64,000 bases of DNA. Origin: the human T2T-CHM13v2.0 reference genome, Homo sapiens. Of this stretch, positions 27,624-41,281 are shown one piece after another; position 1 is the stretch's first letter; the number at the start of each line of letters is the position of its first letter. The stretch lies in the NCBI RefSeq assembly GCF_009914755.1, contig NC_060930.1; one strand, written 5' to 3'. Both the position numbers and the translations under genes were made by a program. The notes under the pieces are model-generated. The model ran no database searches. It saw nothing but the letters and a program-made list of their open reading frames with translations, and was not told where the DNA came from.

Positions 27624-29229
27624 ATATTGAAGTTATTCTCACCCCTATAAAAACTCAGATATTTTAATCTTAAGTTTGATGTTTTCTATAAAATAGGAAG
27701 TGTACCTAAATTTCCAGCTATACTTAGCCTGAGCAGTCCCCAGACAAGGCCAGATACCCTGGAGTCTCAATACTGAGCATATCTTAACATAGATTTGGGA
27801 TTTATAAAATTCTGCTTCAAAATATATAAATTAATTATTTATATATTATTGATGAGTAATGGTTATTTGACATTTTAAAAAAATCAGCAAGTATTTATTT
27901 ATTTATTTTTTACTTTTTCCACCTGGTCATGCTATAACATTTTTTAGAACTGAGTCACTTAGTAGAAGAAAAATAAATTTTTCCAAAAACTTGATTTCAA
28001 AAAACAATGAATCCTGACAGTGTAGAAAGAATCTTTGTTTTTCTATTGATATTTCTCTGTTACAAAATTGACATACCATTAAATTATATATTAGTTATAA
28101 GCTCTTTTGGTATTAACTTAATGAAAGAGATATAAAAACTTATAGAATATACTCAATTTAATCTTACATAATATTTAATCGACTGTCAAATTACCTTTAA
28201 CTTTTTAAAATGCTGTTTATAAAAAATAGTATTATGATGCAAATGTTAATATATATTTTACAGTGTTTAGATAGTATTAAGAAAAAATATAAATGAATTT
28301 AATGCAAAAATATCAAGATCTAACTGGAAATATATTGGATATGAATTGGATGTTTTCAAATAACTTCTTGGTATAAAAATATAAGTATTTTGAATATATA
28401 TTAATATAGTTCAAATAGAAATGGTTAATTATATATTAAGAATACAGCCAATGGTTCCTACTCTGTGGCATAACTAATTATACAGGACATAACAATATTC
28501 AAACTGCAAAAACATCTGAATGAGAAGGCCTATAATTTAATAGTAAAATAAAATAAGTCAGGAAAATTAATATTGTGATATTAAAAATATGAAATTTATT
28601 TGTTTAATATAATTAACATTTAATATAACCAAGTTCATGATTCAGCATTTTTAATATCGCCATTATTACATTACTTAAGGGAAATCAAAAATGAAAAGCC
28701 CTAAACTGCTAGATATTAAAGCAAAATGTAAATGCAGAGGTAGAGACAAATTAATAATATTTGTGATTAAGAACATGCGCATATGATGTTAAAAGAAAGA
28801 AATGGAATTTAATAATTTTAATTCATAAAATTTTAATTCATAAAGTCTTCATAGGATATTATATTGGATTATTTTCTTATTCTTCTACATAAAAATGGTA
28901 ATTATTTTCTTTAAATAAAGTTAAATTCTAGAATGTGGGCCAGAGTTAACATTAAGATAATATGTTAAATTTTGTTAAATATGATGCCGCCCTCTAAAAT
29001 GCCATGATAAATTGGCTGTTCTCCAGTGTTTTCAATGTGCTGCTTTACGTATCTTCTGCATCTTGGAACATGAGGGTGTTGGCCTCTCCTGAGGAGTGGT
29101 GGAGTCCTAAGAGAATCTGTGATCCAGACCCCAGGCTGCTTATGCCTGGATAGTTATGTGAAAAAAATAAGCACTCTTACTTAAGCCAATGATATGTTTT
29201 GTGTCTGGTAGTAGGATCTATATATTCAT

Positions 29230-29530
29230 CAATACAATATCTTTCAACTTTATTAGATATCGCCATTCAGTTTTCCAAAATGGTTGTGTAAACTACATTT
29301 GCAAAAGAAGTTATAAGGTTCTTATCATTGCACCTATCCCTAGATTTCAATTTTATTGTCAGATTTGAAATTTTTTCAAAATAATCGGTGAGAAATGCTA
29401 TTCCTTTTTAAATGTAATTTGTATTTTGTGATTACTAGTGGTGTTGAGATACTTTCTAAGTGGCCAATTTCACAAAATTCTCATGAATATTTTTTCCACT
29501 TTTCAGTGAGGTGAGATTGTTTGCCATATA
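29230..29530 (-). mobile_element. Old L1M(E) ORF2 3' fragment
   Basis: TTTTCCAAAATGGTTGT..GATTACTAGTGGTGTTGAG antisense motifs. Confidence 0.55.
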
Positions 29531-29930
29531 TATATGTATATATACACACACACAAAATACATACATATTGAAAATATATATTCAAAATATAATATATATT
29601 CCATACATATTCAGTATATATATTAAATTGCATTCAAAATATATATTAAATAAGTACATTGAATATATATTAATTAAATATATCAAATAATATATATTGA
29701 ATACTATATATTAAACATATGTATTATATACTATACATAGTAAATAGGTATAATATATATTCACTAATATACTAATATATTTTATTATGCAATATATTAA
29801 ATAATACACATTATATATTTATAAATTCAATATTATATTTATAAAGGCAATTGTAAATTCTATATTATATATTCAATATAATAATACATATCCAGTAAAT
29901 ATGTAATAATAAATATTGAATAGATATAGG
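29526..29930. repeat. AT-rich low-complexity tract
   Basis: Degenerate TA repeats. Confidence 0.85.
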
Positions 29931-30500
29931 AGCTTCTTATACATCACATTCTAGGATTTTCATAAAAATGCTGAATAATGTGAGTGATTAAGGACATTCT
30001 TAATTTGTAGTATTTTATGGGCAATATCATGCTGGGGAATTACCTGTAGATATAGCATAGTCTATTACATTGAAGAATATTTTATTTATTATATTAGATA
30101 AGTACAAATGCATTCCACAAACTTTTCTCATGACTGAAGAAAAAAAAATTATGTGGCCCATTGCTGTGTTGAAATAAATTAACTGATTTTACAATATCCA
30201 ACAAGGTTTACCTTTTTAAAATAAAGAATATTTAATGTTGGTATATTTTAATTTAAAAATACTGCATATTAAATATGCTAGAAGATTACCTTGAATCTGT
30301 TTTCATTTATTAATAAAGAAAAATATTTACTCTATGCTTTCCTAATTTATATACGTGTTTTCTGACATTATTGTTATGCTGGTGTCATAAAATTAATTCA
30401 TAATTATCAATTATGAATTTCTCAGGTCAAAATCTGCTTTATAACATAGGACTAAACCGTTCTTAAGAGAAAGACTTTTTGTGATAAATAATTTACTTTC

Positions 30501-30864
30501 TGTTGTGGACTGAATGTTTCTGTTCCCCCAGAATTCTCATGTCGAAAGCCTAACTCCCAAGGTGCTGGGAGAGTATATTAGGAAGTGGGGTCTTTGGAAG
30601 GTAAGTAGGTTTAGATAAAGTCATGAGGCTGGAAACTCCATGATGATTGTCCTCGTAAAAAGTAAAAGAGACTAGTGCTGTCTCTCTCTATCTATGACAA
30701 GCAGGCTTCATTCTGCAAACAAGGAAAAGAGCCCTCATAAAAAATTGAATAAACTGGGGCATTGATGGTGGACTTCCCAGCCTTTAAAAACATGAGAAGT
30801 AGGTGTGTTTTAAGAAAATCAGCCCATGATATTTTTGTCATAGTAGCCCAAACTGACTAAGACA
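30501..30864 (+). mobile_element. MLT1A-type MaLR solo LTR
   Basis: TG..TGGACTGAATGTTT start; GGACTTCCCAGCCT; ends AACTGACTAAGACA. Confidence 0.85.
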
Positions 30865-31487
30865 CCTGGAAGTTGTTTCAGTAGCACTCGTTGACATTCT
30901 TTTTTAAGTTTCTTTTAAAGCAGTCTTTTTGTGGTTATATTTCTGTTTAGGTTTCTTACTTCTTATGTCAAAAGTTTTCAGAAAATACCTACTTCACTAA
31001 AATGTATTAGAATGCATTTCTGTATTATAATGTTATTTTTATCTCCCTATTTATAAAATTAAATTTCCGTTTTGTTAGCATCTATTTTGACTCTTTTATG
31101 GTTGATTTTTGTTAACTTCTTCACTACACTTATAAACTAGACCTTATTTCTGTTTATGACTCATTAATTCCTTCTCTTAGCTTAATTAATTCCCACATTC
31201 TAATTTTCACAGGTTAGTTTTAGTTCCTTCTTGTAATGTTTGGTGCAATTTAAATTAATAATATCTTGTTTAATAATGAAGACATAGATTTGCTTTTGTT
31301 AACTGGTTTGGGTTCATCTAGGTTTCACAGGTGATGTTTCATTTTTGTCTTTCTGTATCATATATCATAGAAATCTAGTTTATTTCATCTTCTAGGTTAT
31401 TTAATGATTTTCCTTATTCTGCAATAGTTTATGTTCTAAAAGTTAATTTGTATGTAATTTTTATGTAGTACAAAAGTAAGAATAGCC

Positions 31488-32555
31488 TCTTGCACATGGT
31501 GCAAGCTGTAGGTGGATCTACCATTCCACCTGCAGGGAGAAAATGGTGGCCCTCTTCTCACAGTTCTACTAGGCGGTGCCCCAGTAGAGACTCTATGTGG
31601 GGGCTGCAACCCCATATTTCCCTTCTGCACTGCCAAACTTCTGCCTGGGCATCCAGGTATTTCTATACATCTGAAATCTAGGTGGAGATTCCAAAATGCC
31701 AGTTCTTTACTTCTGTGCACCCGCAGGCTCAACACCACATGGAAGCTTCCAAGGCATGGGGCTTGCACTTTCTGAAGCCACAGCCTGAGCTCTACATTGT
31801 CCCCTTTCAGCCAAGCTGGAGCATCTGTGATGCAGGGCACCAAGTCCCTAGACTGCGCACAGCATAAGGACCCCGGGCTTTGTCCACAAGGCCATTTTTT
31901 CCCTCTTAGACCTCCAGGTCTGTGATGAGAGAGGCTGCTGCAAAAGTTTCTGACATGACCTGGAGACATTTTCCCCATTGTCTTGGTGATTCACATTTGG
32001 CTCCTTGTTAGTTATGCAAATATCTCCAGGCAGCTTGAATTTCTCATCAGAAAATGGGATTTTTTTTCTATCACATTGTCAGGCTACAATATTTTTGAAC
32101 TTTTATGCTCTGCTTTCCTTTTAAAACTGAATGCCTTTAACTGCACCCACGTTACCTCTTGAATGCTTTGTATTGCTTAGAAATTTATTCCACCAGATAC
32201 CCTAAATCATCTCTCTCAGGTTGAAAGTTGCACAGATCTCTAGGGAAGTGGCAAAGTGTCACCGGTCTCTTTGCTAAAACATAACAAGAGTCACCTTTGC
32301 TCCAGTTTCTAACATGTTCCTCATCTCCGTCTGAGACCACCTCAGCCTGGATTTCATTGTCCATATCATTATCAGTATTTTTTGTCAAAGTCATTCAACA
32401 AATCTCTAGGAAGTTCCAAACTTTCCCACATTTTCCTGTCTTTTTCTGAGCCCTCCAAACTGTTCCAACCTCTGCCAGTTACCCAGCTCCAAAGTTGCTT
32501 CCACATTTTGGGGTATCTTTCTAGCAATGCTCCCACTCTACTGGTACCAATTTAC
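31488..32555 (-). mobile_element. THE1 internal region, truncated (3' LTR absent)
   Basis: MaLR-int peptide DNDMDNEIQAEVVSDGDEE..WSKGDSCY (32185-32394); abuts LTR via CTGGTACCAATTTAC. Confidence 0.9.
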
Positions 32556-32909
32556 TATATTAGTTGGTTTTCATGCTGCTGATAAAGACATACCAGAGCC
32601 TGGGAAGAAAAAGAGGTTTAATTGGACTTACAGTTCCACATGGCTGGAGAGGCCTCAGAATCATGGCAGGAGGTGAAAGGCACTTCTTACATGGTGGCAG
32701 CAAGAGAAAATGAGGAAGGTAAAAAAGCAGAAACCCCTCATAAAACCCTCAGATCTTACGAGACTTATTCACTACCATGAGAACAGTATGGGGGAAACTG
32801 CACCCATGATGCAAATTATCTCCCACCAGGTCTCTCCCACACATGGGGGAATTATGGAAGTACAATTCAAGATGAGATTTGGGTGAGATCATACAGCCAA
32901 ACCATATCA
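32556..32909 (-). mobile_element. THE1 (A/B-like) 5' LTR
   Basis: Minus strand begins TGATATGGTTTGGCTG; GCTGCTGATAAAGACATACC on plus. Confidence 0.92.
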
Positions 32910-33734
32910 CCAGGGGACTTGATACTGGTAAAGGCACTTCCTTCCCTTTCTCCCTCTGTAGGCTCGATTGGGAGAGACTTTAGATTGTATTTCTTTCTAC
33001 TCCTACCACAGTAAAGATCACCGAAATACATTTTTTGATTCATTGTACTTGGGTAAAGCCCTGGGAAACTGAAAGAATTACCTCTGTTGACTCAGAAGAT
33101 CACCTAAAGTACCCATGAGAAGAAATCAGATACCTCAAGCTAAAAATTACAAAAACTAAGTGCCAAAAATTAACATTCCATGGATATCCTCTTTATAGTC
33201 TCAACTATGCTTGCTGTTCTCACCTTCGTTCTGTTCCTCACTATAAGGCATCTTTGTCAAGGACCCCTTAGTCATGAACTCCCAAGGGATTATCTACTCC
33301 CCTATGCAGTCATTTCTCTTTTAAAATTCAATTGCCCCATACAAGATTTAATTTATTTCACCAGGGTGAAACAGCTCTAGCCACAACATGGTTTTTAGAA
33401 TGTTTAGTCTATTTTACTTTTTATTTCTGTTATCTTTGGCACTAGATTTTTCATGTTAGCTCCTCTATGTGTAATACTCATATTTGGTCCATGCATACTT
33501 AAACTTCTTGTAAAATTTGTTTGTTCTCACCTAGACGCTGTCAGACTCCAAATGATCATGCAAGTGGAGCCTCAGACAATGGTTCTTTTTACCAGGGACT
33601 CTTAGGTAGGCTTCTGAGAGAGAGCTCTGACTGCTATTTTTTCAAAACAACACACTCTGTTAGCATGAAGGGGTTAAGAGTGGTCATCATCCCTATCCTA
33701 AGGGCAGTTAGATGTACCTCTTCCTAGGGGAAAC
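32910..33734 (+). mobile_element. ERV1 internal 3' end (integrase C-term and collapsed env; MER52-int/HUERS-like)
   Basis: Degenerate integrase tail (TCTACTCCTACCACAGTAAAG), hydrophobic leader ORF 33180-33380, env-tail motif GTAAAATTTGTTT..CTAGA; purine tract AGGGGAAAC before LTR. Confidence 0.7.
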
Positions 33735-34961
33735 TGATGGCTGTAGGAGGCAAACAGGTCCCTAGGTACAAAGGGCTGGGTCCCTGGTGAGGCTTGACTT
33801 TCAAGCCGGTGATGTCCTGAAGCCTGGGGGCAGGGCTGCCAGTTCTGGGTGGAGTTCACAACCCAGAGTGGGAACTTCTTTGATGCCTTTTGGCCAGTCA
33901 GATGGTGCTTTTCCCAGACCCACTCCTGGACCAATCAGCATGAACTGCCTTTATTCTGAGCCCATAAAAACCCTGGACTTAGCCACATATCAGCTCTACC
34001 CGGCTGTGGGTAGGAGATACCCGCTTTGGGTCTACTCTCTACAGAGAGCTGTTTTGTCACTTAATAAAGCTCTTCTCTGCCTTGCTCACCCTCCATTAAC
34101 GGACATGGGACGGACTTGGGACCCACCAAATGGTGGATGTGAAAAGGGGTGTAACACGTTCCTTGCTAGCTTGCTGAGCTGTGTGTGGGAACAAAAAGGG
34201 CTGTAACACATTCCTGATTGGTTCACTGAGCTGCAGGTGGTGACACACTCTCATTTGTCAGGCTGTGGGAGTGAAGTCAAGCAACCCTTCTGGGGTCCCA
34301 GACCTCGGAATTCCCCAAGCCAGAGCTGTAACACTATAGCCCTCCTGCCGTCCGCTGGCATTGGGCAGTCACCCCACATGACATGAAGTAGCAGCAGGGC
34401 TGGGCTAGCCCAGGAGCCGTGGGCCTGAGGAGGGCAGTGGGACTGAACAAGGTGTAACACAAATAAACTGAAACATGCCCACGCCTCAATTCACTGTGCT
34501 GTGGGCAGTGGGAATGAGAGAGTTGTAACACGTCCTCCCTCACCCCTTGGGGCTCCACAGTTGCTGGCCTCTGAGTTTTCTGGCACAACCACATTTTCCT
34601 TGTCCAGATGTCGGTGCCCATAGCGGAAGCTGCTGTGCTACTTCTGGCCCAGCCATAGCTGTGCATGGAGCTGGTACCCGTGCCTGTGCCTTGAGCTGCC
34701 TGCCCCCGCCATAGCAGTTGGCACCCCTGGCTGTGCATAGTGGCTGGCCCTCATGCTTGTTGACTCACACACTTCTTGCCACTCTGCACCTGGCTCACCC
34801 TAGGTGGGTGTGGGATTTGGGCTGGTATCGTGAACTGAGCACAGCCTGCTGAGCCAAGTGGGTGGAACTAGCTCAGTGAGTCTGAGTGAAACTGAAGCAG
34901 AGGCAGCACCAGACACAGAGGTTTCCGGCTGGCAAAGCAACACCCGAAGGATCCTGTGACC
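33735..34961 (+). mobile_element. LTR27/28-MER52-family 3' LTR
   Basis: TGATGG start; CCAAT 33931, CATAAAAA 33963, AATAAA 34063-34068; ends GGCTGGCAAAGCAACACCCGAAGGATCCTGTGAC. Confidence 0.82.
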
Positions 34962-35420
34962 GTGGAATCACTGGTTTATGCATATGTCCAGACTCATTAA
35001 AATGTACACATTAAATATTTGCAGTTTCTTAGATATCAATCATGCCTGGATAAAGCTTTAAAAACAAACAACGAGTAATCTTTCTATATACTGACATTAA
35101 ATGATTAAGCTAGGACATATTAATAGAAAAAAACATGAACAAAAGTGAATATGATATGCAACTGTCTATCTAAAAGAAAGGAAATAAATAAATATATGTG
35201 TGTATATGTGTGAGTATGCTTATTTTTAATTGAGAAATAAGAAAAAATTTAATTAAAAATATGGTTCTCTACAGGGAGAGGAAATAACTAGGCCTGAACG
35301 AATGGAGATAGAAAGTAATCTACTCTAAATATACCTTGTTTCATAGATTTGACTTCATATCTCATAAATGTTTTACATATTTACATAAAAATTAAATGAA
35401 AAGGCAGTTTCTATATATTG
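34962..35420 (+). mobile_element. Old L1M 3'UTR fragments
   Basis: AAAATGTACACATTAAATATTTGCAG..; TAAATGTTTTACATAT motifs. Confidence 0.5.
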
Positions 35421-35702
35421 AAGGTTAAAAAATAAAAGAAAACTTTATATAAATAATTTAGCAAAATGTTTCAATTTGATTATATGTTGTATTGATATTT
35501 ATAAATTATGAATGACTTAATAATTTCAATATCTCATAAACTTTAAACTAGTTGATGTGAATGTTTCTTTTAAGGTTAAATTTGGAAACTAGTGTAGATA
35601 ATGAAAGGAAAAACAAAAGCAGGTTTATAACTGAAAGCACATTTATTACAATGATTAGCAAAAATTTAAGTTATTTACCCTTTTGATATAAACTGTTAAC
35701 TT

Positions 35703-35831
35703 AGTATTGTTAGATAAAACACTGCTACATTTGAATTTCAGATAAATAAGAATCATTTTTGTAGTGTATCTATACACCAAATATTATATAGTCCATGCTT
35801 ATACTTTACGTTGCTAAATCCAGTACCCCTA
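35703..35831. mobile_element. Internally deleted MER53
   Basis: ATTTGAATTTCAGATAAA..GCTAAATCCAGTACCCCTA. Confidence 0.55.
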
Positions 35832-37111
35832 TATGAACCTCTTCTTTAACATGGAGGAAAGAGCATTTTTATATTTTCTAAAAAATTGTATTTCATTTCA
35901 TATAAAAGTAAAATAAGAAAACCTTTTCTTTCCTTTTTTTACTTTTCTATTTTTGTGTTTGGCAAACTAGAACAAAATAGTATTTTATAAGTTCTAATAT
36001 ATGTTTTATGAATGAATATACACTTAATAACATGGTATATGTTTCCAATACTTACTGCTATTTTGAAAGATAAATAATAATATTCTATATTTTGTTGAAT
36101 GTATAAACTATAGAGTATAAAAACACATTTCTATTGTACTGCTACATCAACATGAAACAATTAGATGACCAGGCTATACTCTATAAATATTTTCTCATGA
36201 TTAATTTGACCCATGGTAAGTTATTAATATGACTCATCTCAGAGATAAAGCATATTCTATAAAGAATGTGATGATGATTATTACCTGTCTGTATAAGTAT
36301 TCCTTCCAAATAAAGTATTTGTTTAACCTGCCAAGACTGAACTAGGGAATTACCTGCATATAATATTTCCACATGCTGAATGTTGTTCTGCTGACTGCTA
36401 AAGAGACTGTGGGCTCCTCTTTGGCCAATAATGGTTTCTTCTACTATGCTTATAGAAATATATAACACTTTCCTAGAAGTTCCTATAAAGAGCTATAAGA
36501 TATCTATTTTTGCATACCAGAAAAGACTTATGGGCTGGCTCCCTTCTCATTTAAAACCTCAAAAGATCTACACAAGCATCCAAACAAACACATGTAGTGT
36601 GAATACACACAAATCTCTTTGCTACCAGCTTTGTGCATGCTTAATGGAAAATCCTTAACCAGCTTGAATTATCTGCCAAACTCTTTTTCTTATTAAAAAC
36701 TCAGCTAACTTGTCATTTTTTTTCTCGAAACCTAAAATGTCAAGGCTGAGTTTGGGATGTGTTCTCTGGTTTTATGTTTCTAAGCATACATTTCTCATAG
36801 GACATACTTAACTATATGCAATTAATTCATTATTTTGCTGGCTTTCCTCTAGATAGCAATAACATCACCACTGTTTAAAATAGTACCTGTCATAGTAGGT
36901 TTTCAAAAAACGTTGATGATGGATGGCACACAATTTCATGCTTACGATAGGAAGATACATCCCTAAGAAAATTTAATATTATCAGTTAATTTTACTGGCT
37001 TAAGTGCCACTTAGAAATTTGTAAACTTATGCTCTGTGAAACCATGTAATGATTTAGAGAAAATAAACAATAACATTTGGAACTTACCATAGACTCATTC
37101 TCTGAAACACC

Positions 37112-37416
37112 TTTTATTTTTATTTTATTTTATTTTATTATTATTTTGTCAGAGTCTTGCTCTGTCACCCAGGCTGGAGTGCAGTTGCACAATCTCAGCT
37201 CACTGCAACTTCCACCTCCCAGGTTCAAACGATTTTTCTGCATCAGCTTCCTGAATAGCTGGGATTACACCACACCTAGCTAATTTTTGTATATTTAGTA
37301 AAGATGGGGTTTCATTATGTTGGCCAGACTGGTCTTGGACTCCCGACCTCAGGTGATCCATTGTCCTTGGCCTCCCAAAGTGCTGGGATTACAAGCATGA
37401 ACCATTGTACCCATCC
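37112..37416 (-). mobile_element. AluS (Sx/Sz-like)
   Basis: Dimeric Alu with CTCAGGTGATCC; (TTTTA)n tail; degenerate TSD TGAAACACCTTT / TGAAGCACATTT. Confidence 0.92.
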
Positions 37417-38377
37417 TGAAGCACATTTCTTAATTTTAAATAATCCATTTAATGCCAGTCATCCCATATGGTAGAATATTTCTCACTCTAAAATATCAAA
37501 ATTTCAATAGCTGTTGTTCCTTTAAATTTTTAATCTAATAATTTCATGAAAATGTAAATAGTTATAACTACAGTTTGGTTCTATAAGAGAAAAAAGCAAT
37601 GAATACAGTAACCTAAAATATCCAGGCAGGTACAGTAACCCAAAATATACCAAAGGTTTATGCTATCTAAGTGTTTATTAACAAAGTACTCATAGTTATG
37701 ATATTACAGAGGGAAATTAAAATCACCATAAGACAAAAATACTCATAACTGAAAATGTATAAATGTATTTCCACTCAAACATGCCCCTTCTTCTAACTCT
37801 AGAATTAGTAATTGGTTTATTGAGCACTCTCAAATCGGTGGGAAAATAATTTAAATATGATATTGTTTTCTAACAATTATTGCTTTTAGCTGTGGTCTAT
37901 CAAATTACCCTTTTCAATCACTGCAAAGCAAGCTAGACAATTCATATAACTTCTTATTGATTTTATTTATGAAAAGTCTAGTCCCATACAATTCAGGTGA
38001 AATCTAATGATATATTCTTACGTCTTTCTCTGGCACAAGCCCTTCTTGGTGCTTCTCTGTGACTGGAAATAGGAATGAGGAGGGGGAGACAGGAATCTTC
38101 TTAAATTCTCTTGCTAACTGTGGTGGTGAAGGGTGTGCATTCTTGATTTCACTGTATTTTTCTTGGATCCACTTGCAGCGAATGTTCTCTTCCAAAATGA
38201 CTAGCCAGTTTAAAGGGTTGGCACAGTTTTTTAGGATATTTGTGTTAAGGTTTTTATTATTATTTTTTACCTGCAACCCCTGATGTGGACATTCTCAGAA
38301 AAAGCCAGCCAGAGGAAGTCTTTCATTAATCCCAGGCATGTCACATAACCTCAGACCTTTTTCTGGAAGGAACAGTT

Positions 38378-38480
38378 TCTAATGGGTACACTAAAATCTC
38401 AGAATTCACCACTATATAATTCATCCATGTAATCAAAAACCACTTGTACCCCAAAAGCTATTGAAATTTAAAAAATAAAA
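38378..38480 (+). mobile_element. Short L1PB/L1MA 3'-end fragment
   Basis: ATGGGTACACTAAAATCTCAGAATTCACCACTATATAATTCATCCATGTAA..TTGTACCCCAAAAGCTATTG. Confidence 0.8.
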
Positions 38481-41057
38481 TATATGGGCATTTATACTTA
38501 TTCTGTCTTATTACCTAGCCATGTGATTTTATATATTTCCTGGTATGAAATCACAGGGAAATATTGAAGTCATCTTCTGAACTTTCTAAGGGCTTTAGAA
38601 CATAGAGTTGCCAAGTCTTCTTCCCAGACACACTGTTTTTCCTCTGCTGTAAGCTGCCACAAAAGCCTTTTCATGTCCAAAAATTCAATTCAAGAAGAAA
38701 GTACCTTTCTCTGTGCTTAGGTTCCAAACTCCTATACAACTTGTCAATTTCTCCAACAACTCTCTCACGAGGCTTAGCCTCATTTTGATGGTAGCACAAA
38801 TTCAGACCCCTAGAATCTGCCACCTAATAACCATCTAGGAGGATAATTAAATGTCAGTTTTTCCTTCAAATAGGCATTCCTAGTGTCCATATATGTGGAT
38901 CCTTTGAACCACTTCATCCCAGCTTTGAAGAGGGAAAGTTACTTGCTGTCATCTCAAACATTGCACATTCAGACTTGACGCTTCACCATTCTCATGGGCT
39001 CTAGTATTTTCTTAAAGCCCAAGTAGGAGAGATGAGAACGGAACTGGTGGCTGAAAGTAAGGCAACAGGCATTTCTGCTGAGGGATAGGCTTGAAGAATG
39101 TGTCTGACCTTGTGTTTTCTACTACTGGTAAAAGTGGAGTAACTAGCATGTCTTTGTTTCTTGTGGATGTAGCCTGCTTTGCAGATCAATAGAATCCCCA
39201 CTCAAAAATCAGACCCACGTCTATCTCCATCCATTCTGTCAAATTTTTAGTTTATTTAAAGATGTGGTAAATATATAATATACTATATATATCAGTATCA
39301 AAGTCAAGAAATGTCATGAAGTTTTGGAAGTGGTACTGAAAAATTGATCAAAATTACATGCAAGGCTGGTGATATATTTGAAAAGGAAAAATCTATAAAA
39401 ATGAGGTACATCTCATAAAATATATATAGTACACAAAAACCCATAATAGTTCAACCATTAATGTTTTCTATATTCTAAAAGTTAGTATATAAGTGACATA
39501 ATTTACCCTCATTTTAAGCTCATTTGCCAAGATAATACAAGCTAATCATTTTTTAAAATACACTAACCCTGCAATGACTATTTGAGGTTTCGCTTGCCAA
39601 ATGTCAGTTATATAGGTCTTCAAGATTATTGATGTTATCCATTTCAATAAGGTGAATAACATCAATATCAAAACATCAATATCAAAGTGTGGGTTAGACA
39701 ACTAAGAATGATTAGAAAAAACACTGAAGAAAATTTAGACAAATACTGTACTAAGTTGCTTCTTAATTGTCTTTAAATTATTATTTCACTCCTTAAAAAT
39801 GAGAATGACAATTGTATATGATAAATTAGGGTATGCTTTATGCAAGACATAAAGCTTACAGGTTAATTTTTACTCTAGCAGAAAGATTTGGTCCTACATA
39901 AAAGAATAGCAAATGAACATGATTGCATGCTTTTAAAAAATACAATGTCTAAAATATATACCAAGTTTTAATGTTTTGCTACCTTAAGTAATTTTCTCAA
40001 ATGGCTTAAATTCCTATTAAGTTTTAATAGTTCTGTCCTTTAACTACTTGAATCAGCTAATCACTATTCTCCTATATATAGTACAAGAGAGCTTCAAGCG
40101 TACTGTCACATACAGTATTTCAGCCAATTTTAATTGGGTCAATTTCAAATGAGTTTTACATGTGTGATTTTTTTTCAACAAATAGCCATACTCTGTACAC
40201 CAGTTTTGATCCTTTGACTGGAAGAAGTAATTTATTATCTGAAAGGAAAATAGTTTAACTTTTGAAATAAAGAAAGATAAATGTAGACAAAGGTGTTTGG
40301 GATCAGTGTCCACTAAGTCTCTACTCTTCCATTTCCTAAACCAGCTTACTAGGGTTCCTGTGCACTTATTTAGAAAAAATATTCCTCATTACACAAGGGC
40401 ATTGGTAGATGACCATCTAAGCAATCATAAAATGACAATAAAATTGCACTTCTTTTTTTTTTTCTCTCTCTCTGGAGTACTTGCCCTGTTATATGGCTAT
40501 TCTGGAAGCCTGGTCCTTTAAATACTTGATAAAAATAATGGAATGAAAGCTTTTAGAACATGACTCCAAGGATAATAGTTTCCTTGTAGGCATGTTTCTG
40601 ACAGTGTCTCTCCAACCACAGTATATAATGTATTTTTTTTTTTATGTAGAAGATAGCTATAGTCAAATTCATCTTGAACGTCAAAGAGCTACATATCTCT
40701 TACACTCTATTATGAATGGTTTGCTATTTGCAATATTATTATAAAACAATAACATAAAAGTATTCAACTGTACTATAGAAAGGAGAGAAATGTATTGTTA
40801 GGTAAAACTCAAAGCTTAAAATGATATGATAAGAAAATGTTTCTTTGAATGATCCCCTAATATATTGTTCAGTTTCCTCAAAAGTCACGGCTACTGGGTT
40901 AATCTCTAAGCATTTTCTAATAATCTTTTTAAATTATCATATTCACTTAGAAATGAATGAAACTGAACTATATTATTGAATCAAACTACTTAGTGGATTT
41001 AAATGTCCACAAGGAACTTCTGACAAGACAAGAATTGTTAGTACAGTATATCATCTA

Positions 41058-41281
41058 ATGCAAGCTTCTCTGCCTTGGTACTAATGACATCTTGGGCCAG
41101 ATAATGGATTTGTTGGAAGTGAAGGTGCTGTCCTGTACGTCACAGAAGCTTTAGCAACATCTTTGACCTCTACATATTAGATGCACTAACAGCTCCCTTC
41201 CCCTCCCCTGAAAAAATGCCTTCCTTTATAACAAATGTCCCCTGGAGGAAAAAAATAATCACCCCCAGCTAAAATCCAATG
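41058..41281. mobile_element. MER20 hAT element
   Basis: GACATCTTGGGCCAGATAAT..CAAATGTCCCCTGG..AATCACCCCCAG. Confidence 0.75.

Noticed and set aside
33180-33380. 66 aa ORF with signal-peptide-like N-terminus
   Set aside because: Lies in decayed ERV internal sequence at the env leader position; no evidence of a domesticated gene
38059-38283. 74 aa hydrophobic ORF as micropeptide
   Set aside because: GTG start, no match to micropeptides I know; hydrophobicity explained by T-rich sequence
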